From sequence record PP526765: a stretch of DNA of 64,000 nucleotides. One strand, 5' to 3'. A model generated the notes under the pieces. It saw nothing but the letters and a program-made list of their open reading frames with translations. It did no database searches and had not been told where the DNA came from. This DNA comes from Escherichia phage HK3. Position numbers and translations under genes: made by a program. This document shows positions 53,153 through 63,593 of the stretch, in pieces; positions within the stretch are counted from its first letter, which is position 1; each line of letters begins with the position of its first letter.

Positions 53153-54010
53153 ATGTCTAAAGTTGTTAAAATGAAAGCTCCGGTAGAGAAGTACAAGGGT
53201 ACTGAACGCCAAACTCTACGTTACCTTCTGAAAGATGTCTGGTTTTATTACCTGAACACTTCACCATATCCGGGAAAAGGTAAATCCATTGATAAGAAAT
53301 TCCCAGGCAAGGACTGTAACTACAGTGTTTCAATTCTGGCAGAAGATGGCAATAAGCTGTTTAAAGAATTTACTAAGTCTAAGAAAAACCCAGAAGGTTG
53401 GGATAAAGTTACTACTGAAGCAGTTGATGCAGATGACTTCGAAGAGAAGTTTGGTTGCAAACCACCATTTGAAGCAGACACTTACCACATCTTGAAAGTA
53501 AGTCGTGCAGCAGCTTATAAAGATGGTGCTGTGTGGACAGCTAAACAGTCATTCCCTGTGATGCTGATTGAAGAAGTAAATGGTAAGCGTGTAGCTGTTA
53601 AACAGCCGATGAAGAAAATCAAAGCTCAAGCATCTGACAAACATGAAGATGACAAGAACTATGATGTAATTCATCCAGATATTGCAGTCGGTAACGGTTC
53701 TTTTGGTAGTGTGATTCTTTCTACTCACTTCTACACTTTTGAGAACAATGTTCTGACAAAACCTATTCAGGAACAGTTTATCATCGACACCCTTGTACCT
53801 TACACTGGTGGTAACGGTGCTAATGGCGAACCTGAACTGGATGAAGACGAACTGGCTATGCTTGGTCTTGATGGCGTTGAAGATAACGGTGAAATCACTG
53901 AAGGAGATGCAAAAGACCACAAACCTTCTAATGATTCTGATGATGGTGACGATGAAGACTTGCCAGACCCAGATGACGAAGAAGATGAAGACTTCGATAC
54001 AGAAGACTAA
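53153..54010 (+). CDS. ssDNA-binding protein-like (acidic C-terminal tail)
   Basis: 285 aa; C-terminal DDGDDEDLPDPDDEEDEDFDTED tail as in T7 gp2.5/T4 gp32-type SSBs; located in replication block. Confidence 0.45.
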   Translation: MSKVVKMKAPVEKYKGTERQTLRYLLKDVWFYYLNTSPYPGKGKSIDKKFPGKDCNYSVSILAEDGNKLFKEFTKSKKNPEGWDKVTTEAVDADDFEEKFGCKPPFEADTYHILKVSRAAAYKDGAVWTAKQSFPVMLIEEVNGKRVAVKQPMKKIKAQASDKHEDDKNYDVIHPDIAVGNGSFGSVILSTHFYTFENNVLTKPIQEQFIIDTLVPYTGGNGANGEPELDEDELAMLGLDGVEDNGEITEGDAKDHKPSNDSDDGDDEDLPDPDDEEDEDFDTED

Positions 54011-54072
54011 TCTCTAAAAGTTACTTTAAAGCCCTGTACTCAGTATGGGGCTTTTTCATATGGAGAGTCACA

Positions 54073-55113
54073 ATGGAGAAGTATACACTAACAAAACTTC
54101 CCGATTCAGTTACACATGTCTTTATTGACTCTGACAGTATTGCCTATAAAGGTGCTTGTGTAGTTGAGAAAGCAAAATATAAATATGTCAATAAACTCAC
54201 AGCAGAAGAATCTGAACCATTTGATAATGCAAAAGATGCCGCAAGATGGTTAGCAGACCAGAGAATCTTTGTAGAAGAGCTTGGCCTAGCATTTGATGAA
54301 GATGAATGGGAAAGACAGACTTGGAAAGAAGCTAAGAGTGAAAAAGAAGCTATCATGGCTACTCAGCAGGTTCTTCAGGAATGGCTTAAGGTTGTTGGTA
54401 AAGAAAGAACTTGGGTAGGTTACTTAACAGAGAAAGGTGTGCATAAACATAAAGACATTAAAGGTCTTGAGCACCAATATCAAGGTAACCGTAAAGATGC
54501 TGTCACACCAACACACTTAGTCGCTTGTCGTGAATATCTTTTATCCAGACCAGAGTTCAAACTCTTAAGGGGTGGCTTCGAAGCCGATTCAATCGTAATT
54601 GCTAAAGCTGAAAAGATGGGTAAGAAAGCTGCTCTTATGAGTATTGACAAAGACCTTCGACAAGCTGAAGGTACTTATTGTATTGATATGACTTATGAAA
54701 AGTCACCACTAATTTTTATTGCTGACAATAATGTTGGTGATATCTGGGATTGCCCTATCAAATCAAAACCAAAAGCTGCAAAAACAGTTGGTGTAGGTTT
54801 TAAATTCTTGTGTTATCAGGCTGTTGCTGGAGATAATGCAGACAACTACTTCGGACTTAAAGGTGCTGGAAAAGTAGCTGTGATGAATGCTTTAGATGGT
54901 AAAGAGACTTATAAAGAGTGTCTTGATGCTATCTATGAACTCTATGCTAAAAAAGAGTCTTATACCTATGTATCATGGGATGGACAGACTGTTACCAAAA
55001 CACCATTAGAGTTAATGGAACAGCATTTCTGGATAGCATATCAAGAGAGAAATCCAAAAGATAATTTCTCTTTTAAGAAATATAATTGGGAGCCGTGTAT
55101 GAATGAAGATTAA
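54073..55113 (+). CDS. 5'-3' exonuclease / flap endonuclease (FEN-like)
   Basis: N-terminal VFIDSDSIAY and MSIDKDLRQ motifs resembling FEN/RNase H acidic clusters; 346 aa. Confidence 0.55.
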   Translation: MEKYTLTKLPDSVTHVFIDSDSIAYKGACVVEKAKYKYVNKLTAEESEPFDNAKDAARWLADQRIFVEELGLAFDEDEWERQTWKEAKSEKEAIMATQQVLQEWLKVVGKERTWVGYLTEKGVHKHKDIKGLEHQYQGNRKDAVTPTHLVACREYLLSRPEFKLLRGGFEADSIVIAKAEKMGKKAALMSIDKDLRQAEGTYCIDMTYEKSPLIFIADNNVGDIWDCPIKSKPKAAKTVGVGFKFLCYQAVAGDNADNYFGLKGAGKVAVMNALDGKETYKECLDAIYELYAKKESYTYVSWDGQTVTKTPLELMEQHFWIAYQERNPKDNFSFKKYNWEPCMNED

Positions 55114-55600
55114 AGGATTTGGCAATTGTCCTACCTATGGTCATTGGGTATCTTTATGTGGGGAAGTTGACCCCACTAAACATTTTGGTTTTGTCTATTT
55201 AGTACACTGTAAGAAAACCGGACAATATTATATCGGAAAGAAACAGCTTAATAGCGTGACCAAAAGAAAAGTTGCTGGCAAGACTCGGAAGAAGGTAGTC
55301 ACTAAGGAGAGTGATTGGATGTCTTATGAGACTTCTTCTGAGTATATTAAAAAAGATATCGAGAGCTTTGGAAAAGAATTTTTTGACTTTTACATTATCC
55401 AAACCTACTACACGAAAGGTGGCCTAGTTTATGGTGAAGCAAACCTCCAACATAAGTTCGATGTAATGACAAAAAGGATTGACTCTAAGCTCAGACTCTT
55501 CTACAATGCCAATATTGCAGCAATTAAGTTTATTACTAAAGAAACTTATGAAGATGCTGAAAAAAGAATCCATAAGGTGATGAAAGCAAACTGTGCTTGA
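55103..55600 (+). CDS. GIY-YIG family endonuclease-like protein
   Basis: FGFVYLVHCKKTGQYYIGKK matches GIY-(10)-YIG spacing; free-standing between replication genes. Confidence 0.45.
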   Translation: MKIKGFGNCPTYGHWVSLCGEVDPTKHFGFVYLVHCKKTGQYYIGKKQLNSVTKRKVAGKTRKKVVTKESDWMSYETSSEYIKKDIESFGKEFFDFYIIQTYYTKGGLVYGEANLQHKFDVMTKRIDSKLRLFYNANIAAIKFITKETYEDAEKRIHKVMKANCA

Positions 55601-55606
55601 TAACTA

Positions 55607-55870
55607 TTGAGAGAGAATAAAATGTTTAACAAAAGTAAAGCTGTGAGTCATGTAGCAAAAGTTGACAGCAAGATTGAAGAACTTGAGCGCATTCTTGCAA
55701 ATGCCAGAGAGTCAATAATTAAAGAAGTTGAAGCTGTTGAATCTCAAATGCAGCACCTAATGCTTAAACGTCAAGAGCTACGTGAGCATCTAGAATATAT
55801 TGAAACGCGAGAGCTAAAGGTTAACAAATATTTTAAGGAGTCCGAATGTTTAACTCAAGAGAATCAGTAA
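55607..55870 (+). CDS. hypothetical coiled-coil protein
   Basis: 87-aa ORF. Confidence 0.4.
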   Translation: MRENKMFNKSKAVSHVAKVDSKIEELERILANARESIIKEVEAVESQMQHLMLKRQELREHLEYIETRELKVNKYFKESECLTQENQ

Positions 55871-56601
55871 AAAACTGGAACCTTCGTTGTGGAAACACTC
55901 AAAAGCAACCTTACAGTGACGAGTATTGGGAATCTTTAAAGTCTCAATCTTTATGTATGCTGGAAGAAGCAAAAGAGCTTGTGAAAGCAATTGAAGAGAA
56001 AGACCCTATTGAGACACTGGATGCTCAGGCAGATTTGCAATATGTTCTTGATGGTTTGATTTACCTGTCACAACATGACCATAATGGTGCTATGAAAGCT
56101 GTTTGCCATAATAATGACCTGAAGTACACAGACGACTATGAAGAAGCTTTAAAACGTCTTGCAGATATTGAGAAGCGTACTGGTCAAGAGTGTATTATTC
56201 GAATGTCAGTGGTTGATGGTAAAGAGTGGTATGCGATTGTCCGTGCAGCCGATGGGAAGATTATGAAGCAATCAAATCTCCCTAAAGTACAGCTTGGTGA
56301 ATACATTGTAGAGCTTGAAAGCCAAGAACTTTTTGTGGTAGTATCTGAGACATGCGTTATCTGCAAAGGTATTGTAGGTAGCTTAAAGGATTTGGGTGTA
56401 GATGGTTTTGTAGAAGTTAATCCAATTACCTCTAAAGCAGATAAAGATTTCTGTAAAGAGAATGGACTATGGATTGCAGATATTGTCTACTATGATGGTG
56501 AGCAGTTCCATGTAACCTCATACCCGAAACTGAATTATGATGCTAATAACCTGAAGTGCTGGTTAAAAGGGGTTGGTTATAATGGATTCACAGAACATTA
56601 A
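55846..56601 (+). CDS. hypothetical protein with MazG-like N-terminal helical region
   Basis: 251 aa; EEAKELVKAIEEKD...E.LDAQADLQYVL pattern weakly reminiscent of all-alpha NTP pyrophosphohydrolases. Confidence 0.35.
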   Translation: MFNSRESVKNWNLRCGNTQKQPYSDEYWESLKSQSLCMLEEAKELVKAIEEKDPIETLDAQADLQYVLDGLIYLSQHDHNGAMKAVCHNNDLKYTDDYEEALKRLADIEKRTGQECIIRMSVVDGKEWYAIVRAADGKIMKQSNLPKVQLGEYIVELESQELFVVVSETCVICKGIVGSLKDLGVDGFVEVNPITSKADKDFCKENGLWIADIVYYDGEQFHVTSYPKLNYDANNLKCWLKGVGYNGFTEH

Positions 56602-56905
56602 TAAAGAGGTTGTGGCTCAGAAGAGCCACTTCTCAAACTACAATATTTCTATGACGGTATTTATGAATGACCCGTTACTTGAGAAGTATGGTGAGACTCC
56701 AGATACACTTCTGGATAATGAACAAGTTTTAAAAGCAGTCCTGTACAAATATGGGATTGATATTGAGAAAGAGTATTCCTTTGAAATCTGCCTACACAGA
56801 AATACTTTTGGTAAAGTTGTAATGGCTCCACTCTTCATGGGTGTAGAAAGAACTGACTATGGTTGGTTATATCTAAAAAGAAACTTGGAGAAATACCGTG
56901 TCTAA
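56573..56905 (+). CDS. hypothetical protein
   Basis: 110-aa ORF. Confidence 0.4.
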   Translation: MVIMDSQNINKEVVAQKSHFSNYNISMTVFMNDPLLEKYGETPDTLLDNEQVLKAVLYKYGIDIEKEYSFEICLHRNTFGKVVMAPLFMGVERTDYGWLYLKRNLEKYRV

Positions 56906-57233
56906 AGCAAAAAAGCTATCTTATGATGACATTATCTCAGGTGCTAAGTTAGGTGTTGATAGTATCGGACAAGATGTTAAGCACGGGGACACAGTTATGT
57001 ACTGTGATGACCGAAGAGGCAGAAGTGCAATCTTGTTTGGGAGAATTGTTTGCAAGATGCGAGGTAATTACGTTGTTGCAGACATGGATGTGAACGTTAC
57101 ACAAAAACTTGAAACAATTATGGATGCTAATACACCATCATGGTTCCTGAATTGTATGCACACTTCTTCAGTCACAAAAGTAAGTGATAAGTTTTACGAT
57201 ATGTGGCAGAATGAGCAAATTTTCAAGATTTAA
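56898..57233 (+). CDS. hypothetical protein
   Basis: 111-aa ORF, GTG start. Confidence 0.4.
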   Translation: MSKAKKLSYDDIISGAKLGVDSIGQDVKHGDTVMYCDDRRGRSAILFGRIVCKMRGNYVVADMDVNVTQKLETIMDANTPSWFLNCMHTSSVTKVSDKFYDMWQNEQIFKI

Positions 57234-57239
57234 ACTAGG

Positions 57240-57261
57240 GAGCCTCTTCGGAGGCTCTTTT
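57240..57261 (+). terminator. rho-independent terminator
   Basis: GAGCCTC-TTCG-GAGGCTC followed by TTTT. Confidence 0.65.
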
Positions 57262-57279
57262 CATCTGTAGGATTTAAAA

Positions 57280-59514
57280 ATGATTAAGACAATTAAAAAA
57301 TCAAACGGTACAGTAGTAAGCTTTGACCCAGAAAGACCGAATAAGTGGGCATCATGGGCAGATAAGCATGGTATTATCTGGTCAGAAGTCACTATGGAAG
57401 CCTTGAAACGTGTCTATGAGGGTTGCACTACAAAAGAGATGCACCAAGCCATGATTGATGTTTGTGTTGATAAACAAACTCAAGAGCACTCAGATATGGC
57501 TGGACGGCTACTTCTAGGGATTATCTACAAAGAAGCCTTTGGAGGCTTTACTAAGGTTCCTACGCTGATTACCTTCGTTAAAAATATGGAGAGAGCAGGA
57601 CTTTGGGAGAAGATGGACTATTCACAGGAAGAACTTGAATACCTGCAAGGGTATATCGTCCACTCAAAAGATGTCTCTTACGGTTATGCAGTCTTGAAAC
57701 AGTTCAGAGACAAGTATGGTATCCGTGATATTAAAACAGGAAGACTTTTTGAGTCACCACAATTTATGTTTATGGGTATGGCTATGAAAGCCTTTGAGAA
57801 GCAACCAAAACACCGTAGGCTGCAAGATGTGATTAAGCTGTACACTTACCTATCTGACCTGAAGATTAATGCTCCTACGCCTTATCTGAATGGTTTAAGA
57901 GCTACTAAATCAGGTTATGCGTCGTGCTGTTTGATTAAGGCAAATGATACCGCTGAGTCTCTAGGTATTGCTGCAAAGGTTGCCTATGACATGACCACAA
58001 AGCAAGCTGGTATTGGTATGCTGATGGAGACTCGCACTATTGGTGATGGTATCCGTCAAAACACTATTGAGCACATGGGTAAACTGCCTTATTACAAGCT
58101 TGTACGCTCATCTGTAGAGGCAAACAAACAGAAGAGTCGTGGTGGTTCAGCTAACAACTTCTACACTGCTCTAGACCCGCAGATTGAAGATTTACTGCGT
58201 TTGAAGCATCCTACAACGGTTCCTTCTAAACGTATTAACGAGATGGACTACTCATTTGGTACAAATGATTACTTCTGGCAGTGTGTTCAATATGATACAG
58301 ACTGGTTGCTATTCTCTTACAAGGATGCACCAAAGCTCTATGACATGTTCTACACAGCATCTGCTGATGAGTTTGCTATGGCAGTTGGTCATGCAGTGCA
58401 TTCAGGTGTCAAACACAGACGTGTGAAGGCTCGTGAAATTGCTAAACTGTTTATCCAGCAGCGTTATGCAACAGGCCGTGTGTATCCATTCTTCACAAAT
58501 AATGCAAACACACATACACCATTTAAAGAGCCTTTGAAGATGTCAAATCTTTGTATGGAAATTGTGTTGCCAGTGTACGGCTTTGAGAAAGAGACAGACC
58601 TTTACAGAGATGACGCTGTGAAAGAGGATGGTGAGGTAGCTCTTTGCTTCCTAGCTAGTTTGGTTGCAGGGAGAATTTCAGAAGATGAATACGCTGACGT
58701 TGCTTATTATGCTCTTGCAATGGTTGACTCCGTTATTGACCTTATGGATTATCCGTATCCGTCGATGCGTAACCATGTTCAGAAGCGTCGTTCTGTTGGG
58801 ATTGGCCTTACAAATGTGGCTCATTACCTTGCGAAAAACTACGTGAACTATTCTTCAAGAGCAGGTAAGACAAAGCTCCATGAGCTTGCTGAAATGCACT
58901 CTTACTACTTACACGAAGCCTCTTTAAGACTTGCTAAAGAACGTGGTGTGCCTGAGTATATGCAGTTCACTAAGTATCCTGAAGGTTGGGTTCCTCCGAA
59001 GACAGCTAACAGGAAGATTGATGAGAAGCATGATGCAAAACTTCGTTATGATTGGGATGACTTAGCACAACGTATTAAAGAAAATGGTGGAATCCGTAAC
59101 TCTGTATTAGAGGCTTACATGCCTAATGAGAGTTCTTCACTGGCAACTAATACGACAAATGGCTTGTATCCAATTCGTGACTTTATTTTAACTAAAAAGT
59201 CTGCAACTGGTAACGTACTGTTTATTGTTCCAGATTACGAAGAGTTGAAGTATGTCTATGAAATTGCTTGGGATATTGACACCTTTGACCTGATTGATTG
59301 TTATGCAATTGTTCAAAAGTTCACTGGTCAAGCTATCTCTTCAGATTTCTATGTTGACTATGCAAAGTCTAAGAAGGTATCATTGGCTCAAGCTTTGAAG
59401 TACATGATTTATGCCAACTCAGTAGGTATGAAAACCATGTACTACCTTAACAGTCGCATTGGTGTAGGTAAATCTGCACTGCAAGATGCTTATTGCGAGG
59501 GTTGTGGTGTTTAG
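57280..59514 (+). CDS. nrdA: ribonucleotide reductase class I large subunit
   Basis: 744 aa; active-site MSNLCMEI; C-terminal CEGCGV redox tail; followed by nrdB. Confidence 0.85.
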   Translation: MIKTIKKSNGTVVSFDPERPNKWASWADKHGIIWSEVTMEALKRVYEGCTTKEMHQAMIDVCVDKQTQEHSDMAGRLLLGIIYKEAFGGFTKVPTLITFVKNMERAGLWEKMDYSQEELEYLQGYIVHSKDVSYGYAVLKQFRDKYGIRDIKTGRLFESPQFMFMGMAMKAFEKQPKHRRLQDVIKLYTYLSDLKINAPTPYLNGLRATKSGYASCCLIKANDTAESLGIAAKVAYDMTTKQAGIGMLMETRTIGDGIRQNTIEHMGKLPYYKLVRSSVEANKQKSRGGSANNFYTALDPQIEDLLRLKHPTTVPSKRINEMDYSFGTNDYFWQCVQYDTDWLLFSYKDAPKLYDMFYTASADEFAMAVGHAVHSGVKHRRVKAREIAKLFIQQRYATGRVYPFFTNNANTHTPFKEPLKMSNLCMEIVLPVYGFEKETDLYRDDAVKEDGEVALCFLASLVAGRISEDEYADVAYYALAMVDSVIDLMDYPYPSMRNHVQKRRSVGIGLTNVAHYLAKNYVNYSSRAGKTKLHELAEMHSYYLHEASLRLAKERGVPEYMQFTKYPEGWVPPKTANRKIDEKHDAKLRYDWDDLAQRIKENGGIRNSVLEAYMPNESSSLATNTTNGLYPIRDFILTKKSATGNVLFIVPDYEELKYVYEIAWDIDTFDLIDCYAIVQKFTGQAISSDFYVDYAKSKKVSLAQALKYMIYANSVGMKTMYYLNSRIGVGKSALQDAYCEGCGV

Positions 59515-59569
59515 TTTTAATAACTACGAGGGTCGTAAAAGACCCTCTAAAATTAACTTTGGAGAAACT

Positions 59570-59827
59570 ATGAAAGACTTAATAGAAAAACATGAGTGGC
59601 CTATATACTTGCTCCATAAACCTCGGAAAACGCTATACTATGTGAGTAGCACAGATATGATGATAAAACAGAATGATGACTCATGGGTCGCTGGTGTCTC
59701 TTACATCTCTACAGCAGATGGTAAAATCTATGCAAGACCTTATGACATGTTTAACAAAGAAAATTGGGAAGTTTTAGACAGAAAACAAGCCTTAGAGATG
59801 ATAAAGAAAGGAGAAATCACACTATGA
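59570..59827 (+). CDS. hypothetical protein between nrdA and nrdB
   Basis: 85 aa from ATG 59570 with GGAGAAA RBS. Confidence 0.4.
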   Translation: MKDLIEKHEWPIYLLHKPRKTLYYVSSTDMMIKQNDDSWVAGVSYISTADGKIYARPYDMFNKENWEVLDRKQALEMIKKGEITL

Positions 59828-60897
59828 TTAACCAACACCCAATCTTTTTAGGTGGTGAAAGAAAAACATTTGACTCCCTTAATAAACACTACCCAAAAAT
59901 CTTTGAGCTATACAAACAACAAAAAGCGCAAGACTGGTCAGAGGATGAGTTCCCTTTTGAACAATCACGTCTTGATTTTGAGAGTGTTCCAGCATCAATG
60001 TCAGGTGTAATGCTTGAGATTCTTAAGTGGCAGTGGGAAGCAGACACCCAAGTTGCTAAGAGCTTAGCATTTGCCTTTGCACCATTTATCTCTGATGACA
60101 TTTATGCAACTGCAATTATGAAGCAGTCTGAGATTGAAAACCTACATGCTCTTACTTACTCGGAGATTGTAAGACAATGTATTAAAAATCCTGAAACAAT
60201 CTTAGATGAGATTAACCAGAACATTGCTGTACAAGACCGATTAAAAACTGTGAATCGTGTTCTTGAAGAATTACTAGATGAAGGTATAAACTATCGGCTA
60301 AGCTATGTCCGTGACTCACTTCTGGACAAAGACCCTTTGCACTTCCATAAAGTGATTCTAAAAGGTCTATTTGCAGTGACTGCACTTGAAGGCATTTCTT
60401 TTATGGCATCCTTTGCATGCACTTTTGCACTTGATGCTCAAGATAAATTTCAAGGTATTGCTCAAGCTGTCCAGAAAATTATGCTTGACGAAATCCTTCA
60501 CACTAAAATTGATATTGAAGTTTTAAAAGAAACTTTAAGAGATGATGAGTGGCAAAAAGCTTTCCAACAAATTCTTCCAGAGATTAAAGTAATCTTAGAT
60601 GAAGTAGTTGAAAGTGAAGAGAAATGGTCGTATTATATCTTCTCCGAAGGACGTGCTGTAGTTGGGTTAAATACAAAGCTTCTTCATGAGTGGGTTTACT
60701 ATAATGCTGCCCCACTGTATGATATGTTTGGCATTCCCAGAGATTTTGTAGCTCCTAAAGAACCACCTTTGAAGTATATGATTAAGAAGATGGAAATTGA
60801 TAAAGAGCAGAATGCTAATCAGGAGCAACAGAACGGTGCGTATTTATTGAATACTGTTGTAGATGATTTGAATAGTGGATTTTTAGAGGTTCCTTAA
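59824..60897 (+). CDS. nrdB: ribonucleotide reductase class I small subunit
   Basis: 357 aa from ATG 59824 (AAAGGAG RBS); ferritin-like EGISFMASFA and DEILHT iron-ligand regions. Confidence 0.8.
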   Translation: MINQHPIFLGGERKTFDSLNKHYPKIFELYKQQKAQDWSEDEFPFEQSRLDFESVPASMSGVMLEILKWQWEADTQVAKSLAFAFAPFISDDIYATAIMKQSEIENLHALTYSEIVRQCIKNPETILDEINQNIAVQDRLKTVNRVLEELLDEGINYRLSYVRDSLLDKDPLHFHKVILKGLFAVTALEGISFMASFACTFALDAQDKFQGIAQAVQKIMLDEILHTKIDIEVLKETLRDDEWQKAFQQILPEIKVILDEVVESEEKWSYYIFSEGRAVVGLNTKLLHEWVYYNAAPLYDMFGIPRDFVAPKEPPLKYMIKKMEIDKEQNANQEQQNGAYLLNTVVDDLNSGFLEVP

Positions 60898-61139
60898 TGA
60901 CTTATGTAATTTACTCCAAAACTGGATGCCCTCAGTGTGAGACTGCAAAGAATTTTGCAAAAGCTCGTGGTATTGACCATGTTGTGAGAATGTTAGGGCA
61001 GGATTATGAGCTATCAGACCTGATGGATATTGCACAGATGCCAGTTCGTCAGATGCCATTCATCATGAAAACTGACGGTCAAAACCTAAAACCTGTTGGA
61101 ACGCTACAGAATTTCATGGCAGAGGTGAATAATGCTTAA
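60897..61139 (+). CDS. glutaredoxin/NrdH-like redoxin
   Basis: 80 aa with N-terminal CPQC dithiol motif; sits between nrdB and nrdD. Confidence 0.65.
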   Translation: MTYVIYSKTGCPQCETAKNFAKARGIDHVVRMLGQDYELSDLMDIAQMPVRQMPFIMKTDGQNLKPVGTLQNFMAEVNNA

Positions 61140-61338
61140 ACGCCTTTGGGAAGGTTTGGTTGTTGATGCACCAGCTATTGTGATTGGTATGCTTGTTGTT
61201 AACCTATTTACTGATTTTGAACAAGGTTCGTTGTTCGGAGCTATGTTACTATGGGTTATCTTTGAGATATTAGAGATACAGTTAGGTATCACTGAAAAAC
61301 TAAGAGAACTCTTTTCGAAGTTTTCTAAAAAGATTTAA
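61132..61338 (+). CDS. small membrane protein
   Basis: 68 aa, two hydrophobic segments. Confidence 0.4.
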   Translation: MLKRLWEGLVVDAPAIVIGMLVVNLFTDFEQGSLFGAMLLWVIFEILEIQLGITEKLRELFSKFSKKI

Positions 61339-61345
61339 AATGAAA

Positions 61346-61367
61346 GGGTCTCTTCGGAGACCTTTTT
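61346..61367 (+). terminator. rho-independent terminator
   Basis: GGGTCTC-TTCG-GAGACC followed by TTTTT. Confidence 0.65.
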
Positions 61368-61386
61368 AGCATGTAAAGGGGCAATA

Positions 61387-63531
61387 ATGAACAAAGTACA
61401 AATTATTAAAAAGAATGGCTCACTTGAAGAACCGGATATCAAAAAAGTTTTAGCAGCAGTAACTAAGTCAGCTAACAGGGTTGGGTATAAAGAACTCCCA
61501 CCAGATGTTACCCAAGCTCTTGAATCAGCATTTATGAGGATTCTGGTAAAGTCCACTAAGCAGAATAATTTGCTCATCTCAGTAAACGATATTCACAGCA
61601 TTGTTGAGGGTGCTTTGGCAGAAGTAAATCACGAGATTTATGAGTCTTACTCAACATATAGAAATTACCGTAAAGAGGTTGCTCAAAATTGGGATGAGCT
61701 TTACCAGAAGACTAAAGACACACTCTTCTTAGGTGACCGTGAAAATGCTAACTTTGACAGCAGTTTAATTTCTACAAAAGGTTCAATTATTCGTGGTTAC
61801 CTGACTAAAGAAATCTTTAAACAGTACCATCTAACACCAGAGGAACTTGAAGCCATTGAAAAAGGGTTTATCTATATCCATGATTTAAGAGACCTGATTT
61901 TTGGTGGTATCAACTGTTGCCTGTTCGACATTGGTAAAGTACTGAAAGGTGGCTTTGAAATGTCTGGCATCGAATACTGTGAACCAAAGTCTGTGCTGTC
62001 AGCCTTACAGGTTATTGGTGATGTAGTTCTTTCAGCAACTGCACAGCAATTTGGTGGATTTACTTTAGCAGAGATTGATAAGGTGCTTGTACCGTATGCT
62101 AAGAAGTCTCTACGCTATCATGCTGAGAAAGCAGCATCTTACGGTATTCCTAAAGAACATTACCATAATTATGTCATGGAGCAGCTACAGCTTGAATTAA
62201 CTCAAGGTTTTCAGTCACTTGAGATGAAACTGAACACTGTACCTTGCAGCCGTGGTGATTTTGCATTCACAACTTTAACATTTGGTTTACTTGACTCAGA
62301 CATGTCTAATGAAGACAACCAACTACAATACATGATTGCAAACACCATTCTTGATGTTCGCATGAATGGACAAGGCAAGAGTAAGAAGCCTGTTGTATTC
62401 CCTAAACTGGTTTATATTCATGACCAGAAGAGACACGATGAGAATATCTGTCAAGGTCAACTGTACAGTAAAGCTATTGAGTGTTGCTCTAAAGCTATGT
62501 ATCCAGATTTCTTAAGTGTATCTGGTCATGGTGCTGTAGCAGAGGCTTTTGAGCGTTCTGGCAAGGTAATTTCACCGATGGGTTGCAGAGCTTTCTTGTC
62601 TCCATATCTTAATGAGGATGGGGAAGAGTTCTACGTTGGTCGTGCTAATATTGGTGCTGTATCTTTGAACTTACCTATGATTTACCAGTATTCTAAAGAG
62701 AATGGCTTAGATTTCTGGAAAGAGCTTGATAAGTACCTAGAGATGATTCGCAGCTTCCACAAGAAACGCTACGAAATGATTGCTAATATGCCAGCAAGTT
62801 CTAACCCTCTTGCATTCACACAAGGTGGTCTGTACAAAGGAACTAAAAAACCCACCGACAAGGTTGGTTGGGATATCGTGAAGTCTTTCACAGCTTCTTT
62901 TGGGGTTACTGCTCTTGATGAGTTGTCTGTTCTCGCTGAGGGTAAACGACTTCATGAAGTTGGAAGCTGTAGTTTTGCATACGATGTTCTGGCATACATT
63001 AACATGAAAACTGAAGAGTTTAAGAATGAAGATGGATTCTTGTATGCGGTATATGGCACTCCAGCAGAGTCATTATGTGGGACTCAGCTAAAACAGTTCA
63101 GAGATATGTTTGGCGTTATTAAAGGTGTCTCTGACAAGGAATACTTTACAAACAGTTTCCATATGAATGTTGCAGCAGACATCTCACCATTTGAGAAGCA
63201 GGACTTAGAAGAACCATTCTTCCATATCTGTAGAGGTGGCAGAATCCAGTATGTAAGGGTGGCTAACCCAGAAAACTTACCAGCACTTAAAAGTTGTATT
63301 ACAAGAGGGATGTTGAAGGGTTTTTATCAAGGACTTAACTTTGACTTAGCAATCTGTGAGCATTGTGGTAACAGACCAAAGGCTGATGTTGAAGAGTGTG
63401 AGGTTTGCCATTCACATGATATCTCTGTGATTAACAGGGTGTGCGGGTATCTGGGATGGACTAAGATTAAAGGTGAATCCCGAATGAATGATGCAAAAAT
63501 TGCTGAGATTCGTGACAGGGTTTCTATGTAA
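61387..63531 (+). CDS. nrdD: anaerobic ribonucleoside-triphosphate reductase (class III)
   Basis: 714 aa; C-terminal zinc ribbon CEHCGN...CEVCHSHD and glycyl-radical motif RVCGYLG. Confidence 0.85.
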   Translation: MNKVQIIKKNGSLEEPDIKKVLAAVTKSANRVGYKELPPDVTQALESAFMRILVKSTKQNNLLISVNDIHSIVEGALAEVNHEIYESYSTYRNYRKEVAQNWDELYQKTKDTLFLGDRENANFDSSLISTKGSIIRGYLTKEIFKQYHLTPEELEAIEKGFIYIHDLRDLIFGGINCCLFDIGKVLKGGFEMSGIEYCEPKSVLSALQVIGDVVLSATAQQFGGFTLAEIDKVLVPYAKKSLRYHAEKAASYGIPKEHYHNYVMEQLQLELTQGFQSLEMKLNTVPCSRGDFAFTTLTFGLLDSDMSNEDNQLQYMIANTILDVRMNGQGKSKKPVVFPKLVYIHDQKRHDENICQGQLYSKAIECCSKAMYPDFLSVSGHGAVAEAFERSGKVISPMGCRAFLSPYLNEDGEEFYVGRANIGAVSLNLPMIYQYSKENGLDFWKELDKYLEMIRSFHKKRYEMIANMPASSNPLAFTQGGLYKGTKKPTDKVGWDIVKSFTASFGVTALDELSVLAEGKRLHEVGSCSFAYDVLAYINMKTEEFKNEDGFLYAVYGTPAESLCGTQLKQFRDMFGVIKGVSDKEYFTNSFHMNVAADISPFEKQDLEEPFFHICRGGRIQYVRVANPENLPALKSCITRGMLKGFYQGLNFDLAICEHCGNRPKADVEECEVCHSHDISVINRVCGYLGWTKIKGESRMNDAKIAEIRDRVSM

Positions 63532-63532
63532 A

Positions 63533-63578
63533 ACTTGACAAGGTGATGTGGGTCTTGATAGGCTTACATCACCTTTTT
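63533..63578 (+). terminator. terminator hairpin after nrdD overlapping conserved 13-mer
   Basis: ACTTGACAAGGTG at 63533-63545; hairpin GGTGATGT (63542-63549) / ACATCACC (63566-63573) followed by TTTTT. Confidence 0.55.
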
Positions 63579-63593
63579 ATTTGGAGTTGCATC

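Noticed and set aside
59528-59547. Hairpin GAGGGTC-GTAAAA-GACCCTC just after nrdA
   Set aside because: No T-run follows; more likely an mRNA stability or coupling element than a terminator, so not listed as a feature.
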